Positions 9,170 through 18,924 of a stretch of 64,000 nucleotides of DNA are shown here, in pieces. Location: IMG/VR virus record IMGVR_UViG_3300021400_000103, one strand, 5' to 3'. How positions within the stretch are numbered: the stretch's first letter is position 1; each line of letters opens with the position of its first letter. The DNA is from a virus. Its lineage: Duplodnaviria; Caudoviricetes. A model generated the notes under the pieces. The model was not told the DNA's origin and made no database searches. It saw nothing but the letters and a program-made list of their open reading frames with translations. The position numbers and the translations under genes are program-made.

Positions 9170-9304
9170 ATCAATACACCTCCCCAGTTTGTTCGTTATA
9201 CACATAGCTAACATCAGGATTATTTAATAAGTCCGGCAGTATTGCGATTGTGTACCGGATTTTACGGCCGTTTTTGAATACGGCTATGATAGTTGTTGTT
9301 TCCA

Positions 9305-9505
9305 TTATGTTTCCTCCATCCTTAACTTAGGGAACGACATTACTGATCTGTATGCCTGGTCTAATGTGTTGCACTGTCTAAATCCATAACCATTCGGTGT
9401 AAAAAACTCATAGCCATAGCCAACCATACTGTTCAGCCATTTCCGTTTTCCATTGAAGAAAATACCTCGCAGTTCCGCAGCTCTCTGTACTCGTTTGATT
9501 GTCAT
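9305..9505 (-). CDS. hypothetical phage protein
   Basis: ORF with RBS. Confidence 0.65.
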   Translation of the reverse strand: MTIKRVQRAAELRGIFFNGKRKWLNSMVGYGYEFFTPNGYGFRQCNTLDQAYRSVMSFPKLRMEET

Positions 9506-9680
9506 ATCTTTACCTCCGATCAATCTCCTATCCAACCCTCGTTTTCATCGTACTCAAGATACTCTTCATCCAACACCATAAACGGTGTTTCGTACTTGCT
9601 GCCGTCCCAGTTTCCGTATGCCTTGTGATTCTTCGTTGTGTGCTTCCAATTACGTGTATAGTGCATTTTGTTTTCCTCCA

Positions 9681-9887
9681 TTAGAAATGACAATCATATA
9701 ATGTTTCGCCGTCCCACTCGGACTCGTCATCATCTTCACCACACCATTCGCAAACATGCTTACGACCAAGAGTAGCACACTCTTCTTCGTCTATTTCTTC
9801 GCCTACATAAACCCCACCACAACTTCCGCTGCTTTTGAGATAGTCGATACATCGACTACAAAGGATAATCATATCTTCCCTATCCAT
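9681..9887 (-). CDS. Cys-rich small protein
   Basis: Two CxxC motifs; RBS. Confidence 0.7.
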   Translation of the reverse strand: MDREDMIILCSRCIDYLKSSGSCGGVYVGEEIDEEECATLGRKHVCEWCGEDDDESEWDGETLYDCHF

Positions 9888-9912
9888 CGGCTCACCTCCA
9901 ATCGTTTAGCCA

Positions 9913-10203
9913 CTAAACACCCATCAGCCACCGCAATGTTTTAAAGGTTAACGGTTCATCATCCAACATCCGGCAAGCATTTTCCACTTCGCTTATGAAG
10001 TCACTGGAATACTTTGCCATTGTCATACGATCCCATGTACCATCTTCAAGTTTCCGTTCCGCAGAATACTTGCCTTGGATTGCCCCACTCCTGTATACGA
10101 TGCGTACATTTCCGTTTTTAGCTGTGCGAACAATGTCGTCGCCACGTTTTGTTTTCTCTCCGTTATAACCGCCAGACCATTCGAGATATTTCATAGTTAT
10201 CAC
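9913..10203 (-). CDS. hypothetical phage protein
   Basis: ORF with RBS. Confidence 0.7.
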   Translation of the reverse strand: MITMKYLEWSGGYNGEKTKRGDDIVRTAKNGNVRIVYRSGAIQGKYSAERKLEDGTWDRMTMAKYSSDFISEVENACRMLDDEPLTFKTLRWLMGV

Positions 10204-10213
10204 CCTCCCCTAA

Positions 10214-10468
10214 TTACAGTACAGTTAAAGGTGTATCTTCGCTTACCAATTCCATTTCGTCATAGTTACATCCGTACCACCAATATCCGGCGTTTGTGTT
10301 TGCCAACACTTTTACTGTCGGGATTACTCCAAGACTACGGATGGTGCCGACATATCCGTAACACGGCCCCTTGTCGTTGTTTTCAAACGTCCATTCTCGC
10401 TTGACAGGATCCCATATCCGTGGCGTCATTCGTACTCTCTGTCCGATTTTCGCTTCGTTTTCTCTCAT
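10214..10468 (-). CDS. hypothetical phage protein
   Basis: ORF with RBS. Confidence 0.7.
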   Translation of the reverse strand: MRENEAKIGQRVRMTPRIWDPVKREWTFENNDKGPCYGYVGTIRSLGVIPTVKVLANTNAGYWWYGCNYDEMELVSEDTPLTVL

Positions 10469-11022
10469 ACCGCCACCTCCGTAGCCTTCTTAATATCCGC
10501 AAGTAAATCTGCTTTTTCGATTGCGTAATACGTTCCGACATCCTGTTCATTTACGTAGTCCCACACATCATATGTTTCACTGAACAGGTTTACATCCGCC
10601 GTATACTGATCGTTTATATCAATACATTGTGTTACCGATTCCAAATAAAGGATTTCTTCAAACGCATTTTCCCTCTCCATTTTTACAACGAAGTCTGTAT
10701 CAAACACGATTCTTGCATCTCCGTACAGATGCACATTAACGATTGCGACAGGACAATTCTCTCTGTACCAAATTCTGATATCCTTATCTATGTTGGTATT
10801 GTAGTTATATGTATACATACCGTGCGTTTCCGTATTCTTCTTAAAGTCCTCTATAAACTTGTCCGTTGCTCCGATTTCGTATTTCTTAAGTTCCTCAAGG
10901 AACGGAATACAATCACCACAGATTACGTCTTCACGGATGTTTCCGTTATCGTCATAAATCCATTGTCTACCTGACGTTCTTGTTTCCTTTACCGCTTCAA
11001 TAACTCTGTCAAGTCTGCTCAT
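10465..11022 (-). CDS. hypothetical phage protein
   Basis: ORF flanked by a 17-bp direct repeat. Confidence 0.8.
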   Translation of the reverse strand: MSRLDRVIEAVKETRTSGRQWIYDDNGNIREDVICGDCIPFLEELKKYEIGATDKFIEDFKKNTETHGMYTYNYNTNIDKDIRIWYRENCPVAIVNVHLYGDARIVFDTDFVVKMERENAFEEILYLESVTQCIDINDQYTADVNLFSETYDVWDYVNEQDVGTYYAIEKADLLADIKKATEVAV

Positions 11023-11034
11023 ACCGCCACCTCC

Positions 11035-11664
11035 TTATGCACTATAAAAACTACGGGCTTCATTATTCAGCTTCGCCACTATATTTGCCTTATTCAACGG
11101 TTCGTATTCTCTTGGCTTACATCCGTACACCTTTTCAGCAAACCTCGGGAGTCTGGAATACCGCTTAAATATCTGTGTTATTACCTCATATCCTTTTCGC
11201 TTATCGTTCCAATTTTCGTTGTAGCGATCTTCATACTCAACACCGGCATCTGTGATTTCCTTTATCTCAAAGTGGCACGTTCCATCGTGGTGGGAACAGG
11301 TGAGATACATATGTCCGTTTTCATCGTAGATACGAATGTAATCACAGTCTGTAATTGCCTTGCTAAACAGTTCCCAAAACTCACCAACTTCGCCTACTTT
11401 ATACACTCCGTCCCATCTTCCGACTTCACCGAAGAATCCGACTGTTTTGCCTTTGAAGTGTTCGTTAAGTCTTTCCTTTTCGCAATCCCAATCTACTTCG
11501 GCTTCATCATACCGCCACTTCCAACGCATGTCGTCGGTGATTTCTTCGTCCTCGTCTACCCAGCCACATTCCCTTGCCATTTCATCGAGTTCGGAATCGG
11601 GATAGTTGTTATCAAGGTCATAGTTGTCATAGATTACTCTTGCTTTAGGCGTTCTATTCGTCAT
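11035..11664 (-). CDS. hypothetical phage protein (HHDG motif)
   Basis: ORF with RBS. Confidence 0.8.
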   Translation of the reverse strand: MTNRTPKARVIYDNYDLDNNYPDSELDEMARECGWVDEDEEITDDMRWKWRYDEAEVDWDCEKERLNEHFKGKTVGFFGEVGRWDGVYKVGEVGEFWELFSKAITDCDYIRIYDENGHMYLTCSHHDGTCHFEIKEITDAGVEYEDRYNENWNDKRKGYEVITQIFKRYSRLPRFAEKVYGCKPREYEPLNKANIVAKLNNEARSFYSA

Positions 11665-11679
11665 AATGATTTACCTCCC

Positions 11680-11967
11680 TTAGTGGTCTGTTCCGTACCC
11701 TACATCATAGGGTTCCATTTGTTCGTGCGTTGCCGGACACACCGCTTCAATCACCATTTTGAGCGGTTCCTTTGGATCATGCCATGTACCCCAGAATCTG
11801 CACTCAACTACTTTACTTCCGTCAAGTAACAATATTCGCTTAATTGTTTCGCCGTGACAGTCCGACATATCCATTGTGTTAAAGATTTGCCTTGCTGTTT
11901 GGATAACAGGTTCCATCAATTTTCCGTCACTATCTTCGTAGATAACAAGATATTTATTCTGTTCCAT
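11680..11967 (-). CDS. hypothetical phage protein
   Basis: ORF with RBS. Confidence 0.75.
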   Translation of the reverse strand: MEQNKYLVIYEDSDGKLMEPVIQTARQIFNTMDMSDCHGETIKRILLLDGSKVVECRFWGTWHDPKEPLKMVIEAVCPATHEQMEPYDVGYGTDH

Positions 11968-12167
11968 GGAATTACCTCCTAACCTTCTGTGTACGATCTA
12001 ATCTCTGTTGCTACGTCCTTAACCATCTGTTCGAAATTCTTTTCGAAGTAGAAACCATACTCCATAAGAAGTTCGTAGTCTTCCTTGTCCATTTTTACCT
12101 CGAACGTTTTTGTCATAGTATCCATAACATTGTCCTCCTCTAACGCATGAATTAAATCACGTTTCCT

Positions 12168-12416
12168 TTAGATGAAATCCCTTATACTCATTCCTGGAGC
12201 ATCCCATGGATTGCCAGGCCCATAATCACCAGCTGTTGCACTCGGACAATAATGTTCTTCATCGTAGCAATCCGGTTTGCCTTCTTCATATCTACCGCAA
12301 ACACCTAAACCAGGATCATCTTCAGTTCCCTCCATTTCATACCCCATGCAGTAGTCAATACCTGACCAACTCGTAAATGCTCTGTGCTTGCAATTACTGC
12401 ATTTCCGTTCTGCCAT
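12168..12416 (-). CDS. Cys-rich hypothetical protein
   Basis: PSATAGDYGPGNPWDAPGMSIRDFI C-terminus. Confidence 0.75.
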   Translation of the reverse strand: MAERKCSNCKHRAFTSWSGIDYCMGYEMEGTEDDPGLGVCGRYEEGKPDCYDEEHYCPSATAGDYGPGNPWDAPGMSIRDFI

Positions 12417-12428
12417 AAGCTATCCCTC

Positions 12429-12665
12429 CTAACCAGTAAAGTAGTTGTATTTTCCATATCCATCTTTCGTTAGTAAAAACTTTGGTGTCTTTTTATACCT
12501 CAAGTGTTTCCGTACTTCTCTTCCTGTCCTCACATTCGTGGTTATCTTGTAAAATCCTTCGCTGCCAAAGTAACTGTAATAGGTTATTACATTTCCCTTT
12601 TCGGCATATAACTCGTATATTCCGTATTTTTCGCAATAAATTAAAACTGCATCCGTATCAAACAT
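12429..12665 (-). CDS. hypothetical phage protein
   Basis: ORF with RBS. Confidence 0.7.
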   Translation of the reverse strand: MFDTDAVLIYCEKYGIYELYAEKGNVITYYSYFGSEGFYKITTNVRTGREVRKHLRYKKTPKFLLTKDGYGKYNYFTG

Positions 12666-12895
12666 TTCGTTTACCTCCTTATCTGAATTCGATCTCCTTC
12701 TTCCAATGCTGGATCCTCGGCCATATACATCTTTACGGCTTCAGTTGCGTTCTCCGTGTTGTATGTCTTTTCATCAATGAGTGTTCCATATTCACTCACC
12801 ACAATAATCGTCATTCCATTTTCCTCCTTTGTGTTATTGGTTAATGGCTACATCCATACCCACAAGCCGTTTCGCTTATGGGCATGGTGTGGTCA

Positions 12896-13693
12896 TTATG
12901 CTACGTTGAATGTGTACACATGGTCGGACAGATAGTCCGTCTCATTCAACACATTTTCGTTTACATCCTGAATCAGATTTGTGATTGTGGATTCATCTGT
13001 TTCACTTGCATCAAGCACAAGCATTTCGTGAATACTGGACGGAATCACGTAGTATCCATTCGGATACATTTCTGCCAGCTTTTTCTTTGCCTTAATAATA
13101 CCAATCGCTCCATTGATGTTATTCGGCGTACTAACAAACTTAAGTGGTGTGTATCCAATATCCATTCCGGGCATAAGTAATCCAAGTTTTTCTTCGAGAG
13201 ACATGATTTCGCACTCCGTATTTTTGATTGCTCTATCAATCACAGTTCGCTTGGTTACTCCCCAATTCTCCACCATACTCTCGGTGATTGTGATTGAACC
13301 TGCCTGTCCACCAATCACAACTTCAATGTACGGTACAATGATAAGGTCTGAGAATCCATATCCCTTTGCAGATCGAGTTACGGTAAAATGAGTGTTTCGC
13401 TTTTTGTTCATCAGCTTGCACTTAATCTGCCCCTTAATTGCTTCGTAATCGCTCAGTGTGCTTGCATTAAAACCAACATTACTCTGTTTCTTTACCTCTT
13501 CCCTTACCATATCAATTACCTCCTCTACACTTGTTTCGGTTTCATAATATTCATCAATATACATGGTTAATCCAATTCCGTTATCATTTTGTACAACAAC
13601 ACCAGTTTTTATGATGCCGTTATTTTTTGTGACTTCCTTTACCTCTCCGCCTACTACGTTTGCGATTGCCTGTGCATACTCCATCTTTGTCAT
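12896..13693 (-). CDS. DUF5688-like protein
   Basis: KNNG near N-terminus; YYVIPSSIHE and LSDHVY motifs. Confidence 0.75.
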   Translation of the reverse strand: MTKMEYAQAIANVVGGEVKEVTKNNGIIKTGVVVQNDNGIGLTMYIDEYYETETSVEEVIDMVREEVKKQSNVGFNASTLSDYEAIKGQIKCKLMNKKRNTHFTVTRSAKGYGFSDLIIVPYIEVVIGGQAGSITITESMVENWGVTKRTVIDRAIKNTECEIMSLEEKLGLLMPGMDIGYTPLKFVSTPNNINGAIGIIKAKKKLAEMYPNGYYVIPSSIHEMLVLDASETDESTITNLIQDVNENVLNETDYLSDHVYTFNVA

Positions 13694-13712
13694 AATTTCT
13701 CCTTTCGCTTGT

Positions 13713-13925
13713 TTAGTTGCTAAACCTCTTCGTTAGTTTCAGATGCTTTCCGTATGTGAACGGTGTTTTCCATGTGTCGTACTGCCTTTGGGTTATCTGT
13801 CCGTCTTTACACAGATAGTCAACCCAACCAGCCCATACTTCTTGAGCTGTCCAATAGTCAACTTGCCTTTCCCACAAGTCGATAAACTGGTTTCTGAATT
13901 GCCTTACGGCATCTTTGTAGGTCAT
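13713..13925 (-). CDS. hypothetical phage protein
   Basis: DYLCKDGQIT motif; RBS. Confidence 0.7.
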   Translation of the reverse strand: MTYKDAVRQFRNQFIDLWERQVDYWTAQEVWAGWVDYLCKDGQITQRQYDTWKTPFTYGKHLKLTKRFSN

Positions 13926-13938
13926 GTGGTCACCTCCC

Positions 13939-14373
13939 TTACTGAATCTCACACAGTTCGTCTATACAGTCACCGAACATCCGCATTACATTACGGTATT
14001 CCTTCTGTACTGCCTTAAAAGTGCGTTCCGTTTTCTGATAGGATTCACGATCACAAATCTCGTAGCCAAATTCCCTTGCGAAGTCCCATACATCTCCGTA
14101 TGGTTCGTATTTCTCTATACAAGCAAGCACATCATACGGACGAGGCCGCTTGTTGTTGAGATAGTTATGCAGACTGTCGCTAAACTGAAACGACCATGTT
14201 TTTCCGTTGCGGTCAATCCGTACACGGTAAAGCCATCCGTTTGTCATGGTGGATCGTTTCCATTCGGAAAATTTCCTGCGGTACACATATCCCTTTTCCA
14301 TTACATGGCTAATTGTCATCTTTGCGTTGTGCTTCTTCAGGAATTCCTTTACTTGAATATCATATTCATTCAT
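13939..14373 (-). CDS. hypothetical phage protein
   Basis: ORF with RBS. Confidence 0.75.
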   Translation of the reverse strand: MNEYDIQVKEFLKKHNAKMTISHVMEKGYVYRRKFSEWKRSTMTNGWLYRVRIDRNGKTWSFQFSDSLHNYLNNKRPRPYDVLACIEKYEPYGDVWDFAREFGYEICDRESYQKTERTFKAVQKEYRNVMRMFGDCIDELCEIQ

Positions 14374-14632
14374 CGCTATTCCTCCTCACTTTTGCGATTA
14401 CCTCGTTGTACATCGTTATCTCCACAGTTCCATCTTCCCTTACATTCATGCCGTATTCATCTAAATCTATGTCGTCCATACTGTCCCACAACCAACCTTC
14501 GTCAGTCATTATCTGCAGGACTTCCTCCATTTCTACCTTTTCCGTTTCGTAGTCGGTAACCCATGTGAAGTTGTTGGTTTCACCAAACATGTCATCACAA
14601 TATGAATCCTGTGCATAAATGCCGTACTTCAT
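14366..14632 (-). CDS. hypothetical acidic protein
   Basis: ORF with RBS. Confidence 0.7.
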   Translation of the reverse strand: MKYGIYAQDSYCDDMFGETNNFTWVTDYETEKVEMEEVLQIMTDEGWLWDSMDDIDLDEYGMNVREDGTVEITMYNEVIAKVRRNSDE

Positions 14633-14737
14633 TTCGCTTACTCCTCCTCCATTGCCTTGTAGTCGTTATACTCCTGGATTGCTGCGTAAATATCGCTTGT
14701 GTAGATGATTTCTCCCATTTCCTCTCGCTCCTTTCGC

Positions 14738-14998
14738 TTATAATGCTTCCATTCTCCTGATTATGTTTGCATGTTTAGTGACTAAACTGTCCGGTGCATC
14801 CATCTCTTCAAGCATTTCCTTGAAGTAGACGATCAAGTCTTTGCGAAGGTTTTCGTCCCACAGGTCTGAGACAATTTCGCTTGTCAATGCTTCGTAATAA
14901 TCACTTCCGTAACAATCTATTGCTTCGTAGGTATCTGCGAAATAACTGTCTGCAATTTCCCTTGCGAGTTCTTCGATCACTCCAACTCTATCCGGCAT
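14738..14998 (-). CDS. hypothetical phage protein
   Basis: ORF with RBS. Confidence 0.7.
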   Translation of the reverse strand: MPDRVGVIEELAREIADSYFADTYEAIDCYGSDYYEALTSEIVSDLWDENLRKDLIVYFKEMLEEMDAPDSLVTKHANIIRRMEAL

Positions 14999-15149
14999 TA
15001 CGCTACCTCCTTTGCATACTGGCGGAAGTATGCATCACATTCCGCCTTAGTTCCCTTTGCCTTGACAAGTTGCGTTGCCTTGTCAACCACATAATACGTT
15101 CCCTTATAGAACTCCATGCGGAGTCCACAGTATGATTTCACAAACATGC

Positions 15150-15338
15150 TCACGCTACTCCTTCATTTAACAGATTTAAGAAGTCAATATTTGCCTTTGC
15201 TTCTGCAATCGCCTGTGCCCTGGTATCCATACAGCACCGGTGTAATGCAAACCGCTTTCCGGTTTCCCTTTCTACATAGTCGGCTTGCCAACTATCGTAG
15301 GCGTTAAATACTTCGATTCCCTTGTAGTTGTACTTCAT
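15150..15338 (-). CDS. hypothetical phage protein
   Basis: ORF with RBS. Confidence 0.65.
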   Translation of the reverse strand: MKYNYKGIEVFNAYDSWQADYVERETGKRFALHRCCMDTRAQAIAEAKANIDFLNLLNEGVA

Positions 15339-15379
15339 ACGCTTATCTCCTTTCCGTTGTTCCGGTTAGTTTCGGGCAG

Positions 15380-15733
15380 TCATCGGGAAACAAAAACGTC
15401 AGTGATTTCATTTCCGTTAAAATCACAGTTGAGTGAAGTGCCTATTTCCCTATACTCATCATCATAGTATGCCCACTGTTCTCCCTTTGCATCCTCTACG
15501 GTAATCGTCCAGTATCTGTCGCCTTGTGACTTCACACATGCCGTTACCCGGACTTCACTTTCCGTTTCCGTTGCACACAGTCCCCAGAAATTGCCATCTC
15601 CATTCTCTACATGACCAGTCCATACGGCTACCGTGGATCCGATTATCCACAGCAGCACAACTATGCTGAGTACAGTGATTATGGGCATCGCCATTTCCTT
15701 TATGATTTCCCTTGTAGATAACATAACTACCAC
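15380..15733 (-). CDS. membrane-anchored hypothetical protein
   Basis: N-terminal hydrophobic helix. Confidence 0.7.
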   Translation of the reverse strand: MVVMLSTREIIKEMAMPIITVLSIVVLLWIIGSTVAVWTGHVENGDGNFWGLCATETESEVRVTACVKSQGDRYWTITVEDAKGEQWAYYDDEYREIGTSLNCDFNGNEITDVFVSR

Positions 15734-15930
15734 TCTCCTTTTATGATTTCACAGGTTGAATCCGGATATACCAAGTAAATCCGGTTTGCCTTTGCCTTCC
15801 ACATCCGCATGATTCGGGGACGTGTAAAGCGGTCGTTTCGCTTGTCTGTCGGGTAACGGTGGATGATTTCCGTTCCGAACATAGATTCGATTATTAGGTA
15901 CAACATAACACAGTCCTCCTTTCGTGTCAA
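15727..15930 (-). CDS. hypothetical phage protein
   Basis: ORF; true start probably the internal ATG after AAAGGAGG. Confidence 0.6.
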   Translation of the reverse strand: MTRKEDCVMLYLIIESMFGTEIIHRYPTDKRNDRFTRPRIMRMWKAKANRIYLVYPDSTCEIIKGEW

Positions 15931-16114
15931 TAGTTAGTTTATGGCAGTTAAAGGCAAACACAGTTTACATATCGCTTTATTTCCGGCACCCAAACCCAAG
16001 TAGCCAAATTCTCGCTCTTTTTGTGAATCTGCTTCGTGGTGCACTTATACCGCTGTCCACAACATGTTGCATATTCAAACCCGTTCCAAACCACTAAGTG
16101 CCATTTAACAGCCT

Positions 16115-16360
16115 TCATGCGATTACCTCCTTCTTCTTCCTCAAGTCTGCCAGTTTCTCACGGTGGATGGATGCTATCCGGCACTTGCCACAGTCCGTCC
16201 ACATACAGGATGGATCCATGCAACATTTATCACATGCCACCTTAAAGTTGTGTACCGCCTGACGCTCAGTCTTAGCGATGTTCTGATAGTGTATTGCTTC
16301 TCCTCGATTAAACATAGTGTATACTCCTTTCATGCAAACCAGTACCTGGTAACTATCCAC
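16115..16360 (-). CDS. Cys-rich hypothetical protein
   Basis: ORF; start likely MFNRG. Confidence 0.6.
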   Translation of the reverse strand: MDSYQVLVCMKGVYTMFNRGEAIHYQNIAKTERQAVHNFKVACDKCCMDPSCMWTDCGKCRIASIHREKLADLRKKKEVIA

Positions 16361-16521
16361 TGTTCGCCGTCACTTTTCTTCGGCATAGCACAGTATGTGT
16401 CGATCAGATACCATGTCATCTCAACGCTAAGTCGTAACGACTTAATCGCCTTCACCTTCATGTCTCTGCTGTGAAGCCGTATAATCTGTGCCACTTTTGC
16501 TGCCAATCGTATGTTCATCAT
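16330..16521 (-). CDS. hypothetical protein
   Basis: AAGGAG RBS. Confidence 0.55.
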   Translation of the reverse strand: MMNIRLAAKVAQIIRLHSRDMKVKAIKSLRLSVEMTWYLIDTYCAMPKKSDGEQWIVTRYWFA

Positions 16522-16551
16522 GTTATTACTCCTTACTGTATTATTGGGAAA

Positions 16552-16613
16552 TGGACTACTACGGAATCGAACCGCTCTGACGGATTACCGACAGACAGAC
16601 CACTGTTAGCCCA
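16552..16613 (-). ncRNA. tRNA-like element
   Basis: TGGGCTA/TAGTCCA acceptor-like stem; GCGG-TTCGATT-CCGT T-arm; no D-arm or canonical anticodon loop. Confidence 0.5.
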
Positions 16614-17339
16614 CAGTAATGTTGTAGGAATTCTATCCGGGGATTGTACCGGAAACCCTCGGTGTTGGAATATTACTGTATGTCCAACACTTCCCGATGT
16701 TTCAACACCTTCGGCAGTATCATGTTATCTGCTTGCCATTTGAGCCACCGTGGAGAGGTGCAACCTACTTCCACAAAACTCCTGCGTACGTTCAGACAGG
16801 TGTCTAAACCTCATACATCGTAGCCATTCACATGACTTACCGTAGTTACCTACGCACCTTTTATGTCCTACGAGGTATTACCGCACACCTCGATTCGTTA
16901 TCCCGTTTGAGGGGACTTCTCGATTTTTTACCGGACAGAGTTTCACACCGTACGGGCTGTTGTTCACCACCCTAATGTGTCGGTATTCTGAACCGGGACA
17001 GGATTTCCACCTGACGACTTGCCGCCACTTACTCTCTCCGAACTGTACTAACCTATGGACTTAACCGTACCTTGAGTGCTACCTCACTTGCAATTCAGCG
17101 ATCCACAGTAACTAAGCGTCTTGCATCCAACAGCCACAAGTGGCTAATGCACTCCGCAAAGCACCATTAGACCGTTATACCAAGGTCGTGATGCCATAGG
17201 GTTCCCAACACGGATACCCTCTGTTTGAAGCTATAAAGTTTGCCCTACTATTGACCGCAAGGCGTGGTCTTGAGGGTTTAGACACACCCACAAAGTCGTT
17301 TGAACTCGTGGCTTAGTACCGTCCCTAAGCCAAGGACTA
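16614..17339 (-). ncRNA. candidate large structured RNA
   Basis: No credible ORF; many hairpins; perfect 11-bp complement between 16800-16810 and 17275-17285. Confidence 0.5.
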
Positions 17340-17385
17340 TTCCCCACGTACGGACTCGAACCGTACCGTGTGCCACGGTGGGGAA
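17340..17385 (-). ncRNA. tRNA minihelix-like element
   Basis: TTCCCCAC/GTGGGGAA stem, GTACGG-TTCGAGT-CCGTAC T-arm, small CGTG/CACG hairpin. Confidence 0.55.
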
Positions 17386-17402
17386 ACACAGTAGGCTTGC
17401 GC

Positions 17403-17768
17403 CTACCGTGCGTCCTGTGCCTTGCACCACTCTGTACAAGCCTTCTTCGTGCCGAATGTCCACGCCTTGGTGTCCTTGTCATACTTAGCACCTGCCTGCT
17501 TCAGGGAGTAGGTAACGCCCTTGAAAACCTTGGTCGGGATGAAGCCGTCGTTGCCGATGGTTACGGACTTGCCGTCTTTAGCCACGGAGTACACCTTGGC
17601 GTACTGCTTAGGCTCGGATTTAGTTTCGGACTTGGGAGTGGTCTTGGGAGTAGATGCCTTAACCTCTACTTTGTACTGTGCCAGCATAGCCTCGATGCTC
17701 TGAGCGAGGATAACCGGAACGTTAGCGAACTGTGCATTGTTGATGGTGAGATTCATTGTGTTCTTCAT
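17403..17768 (-). CDS. first gene of the leftward arm, basic hypothetical protein
   Basis: AAAGGAG RBS, ATG at 17768. Confidence 0.75.
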   Translation of the reverse strand: MKNTMNLTINNAQFANVPVILAQSIEAMLAQYKVEVKASTPKTTPKSETKSEPKQYAKVYSVAKDGKSVTIGNDGFIPTKVFKGVTYSLKQAGAKYDKDTKAWTFGTKKACTEWCKAQDAR

Positions 17769-18382
17769 AAGTTTTCTCCTTTCGATATGGGCAACTGTTG
17801 TTTTCGTATTTGTCCAAGCGGTGTTGCCCTGTGTCGCTTGGACTGACCACATTGCCACTCCCGGATCGAAAATTTGTCAAATCGCCTTTTGCGCACACAC
17901 GAGGGCAAATTTTGGTATGAAAAATGTGCATTTTTGCCACCATTTATAAGGGGGCGTATTAAAAACAAAATAAGCCCAGGAAAACCGGCAACCCCCGTGA
18001 GGTGTTTCACCAACACACCACCGTCAATTTTCAATCAATTCACCCACACACCACAAAAAAAGCGAGTCAACACTTAGTTAACTCGCCTAATCAAAAATCG
18101 TAATTTATATCGTAAACCCTACCTTTTTACAACCACATTCCTAACACTTCCCCCGCCATATTTTCTTACATATTCAATATTATCCTGCCACAAACCACAA
18201 CACTTTTGTCTATATTTCCACCATTAACAACCCTGCTCTATACTATATTACCCCAATCCTTTTTCCGTGTTAATAACCCCCTTTGCGCCTTTGGCGCAGC
18301 TGGGGGAGTGAAACGACCACAGCCAAGTATCTCGGCATTATGGTAAACTCAATATATAGATTTCTCATCCAATATCTAGTAT

Positions 18383-18431
18383 TTGACAAATCACACCTAA
18401 TGTATTATCATAATATCCGAACACTCGTTCG
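18383..18431 (+). promoter_or_regulatory. sigma-A promoter with LexA (SOS) box
   Basis: TTGACA-17-TATCAT followed by perfect CGAAC-ACTC-GTTCG at 18418-18431. Confidence 0.8.
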
Positions 18432-18462
18432 ACTAACACATATACAGGGGGTAATATCTACT

Positions 18463-18693
18463 ATGCACACACTTATCGAATGGTATAACAACGAAACGCC
18501 GGTACTGATCACAATTATCATCGGAGGAGCCGTAATCTCCAACCAGATCATCATAGATACGTTCATCGATTATGGCGACACCATTATCATCGGGAATGAT
18601 CAATTCACTATGGAGTTAGAGACAGATTTATTGGTAAGTGAGAAAGAGAATAGGCTCTCGTATTCAGAATATATATACTTGACATCCGAATAG
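18463..18693 (+). CDS. hypothetical protein (putatively SOS-regulated)
   Basis: GGGGGT RBS, ATG at 18463, downstream of the LexA-boxed promoter. Confidence 0.65.
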   Translation: MHTLIEWYNNETPVLITIIIGGAVISNQIIIDTFIDYGDTIIIGNDQFTMELETDLLVSEKENRLSYSEYIYLTSE

Positions 18694-18707
18694 GTGTTTG
18701 GTATAAT
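18679..18707 (+). promoter_or_regulatory. sigma-A promoter with near-consensus LexA box in the spacer
   Basis: TTGACA-17-TATAAT with TG extension; CGAAT-AGGT-GTTTG at 18687-18700. Confidence 0.8.
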
Positions 18708-18873
18708 CGTCTTAGGCGCAGTAGGAAAATACTGCGCTTTAGACAGTTGTGATTTGCCATAAACTAATCATCAACAGTCCACAAACCCATTGAATTCCCA
18801 TATATTATACATAACCGGGCAAATTTTGACCCTCAAAAAACGCCCAGTTTTAGCCATTTTCAATTTTGGTTTG

Positions 18874-18924
18874 GTACGGGAAATGTCCCAAGAAAGTGCC
18901 ATTTAGTACGGGAAATGTCCCAAG
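18874..18924 (+). repeat. 19-bp direct repeat pair (operator/iteron-like)
   Basis: GTACGGGAAATGTCCCAAG at 18874 and 18906; internal GGGA/TCCC palindrome. Confidence 0.8.

Noticed and set aside
12865-15350. Recurrent AAGCGAAA near RBSs on the minus strand
   Set aside because: Short, inconsistent position relative to starts, and also occurs inside genes.
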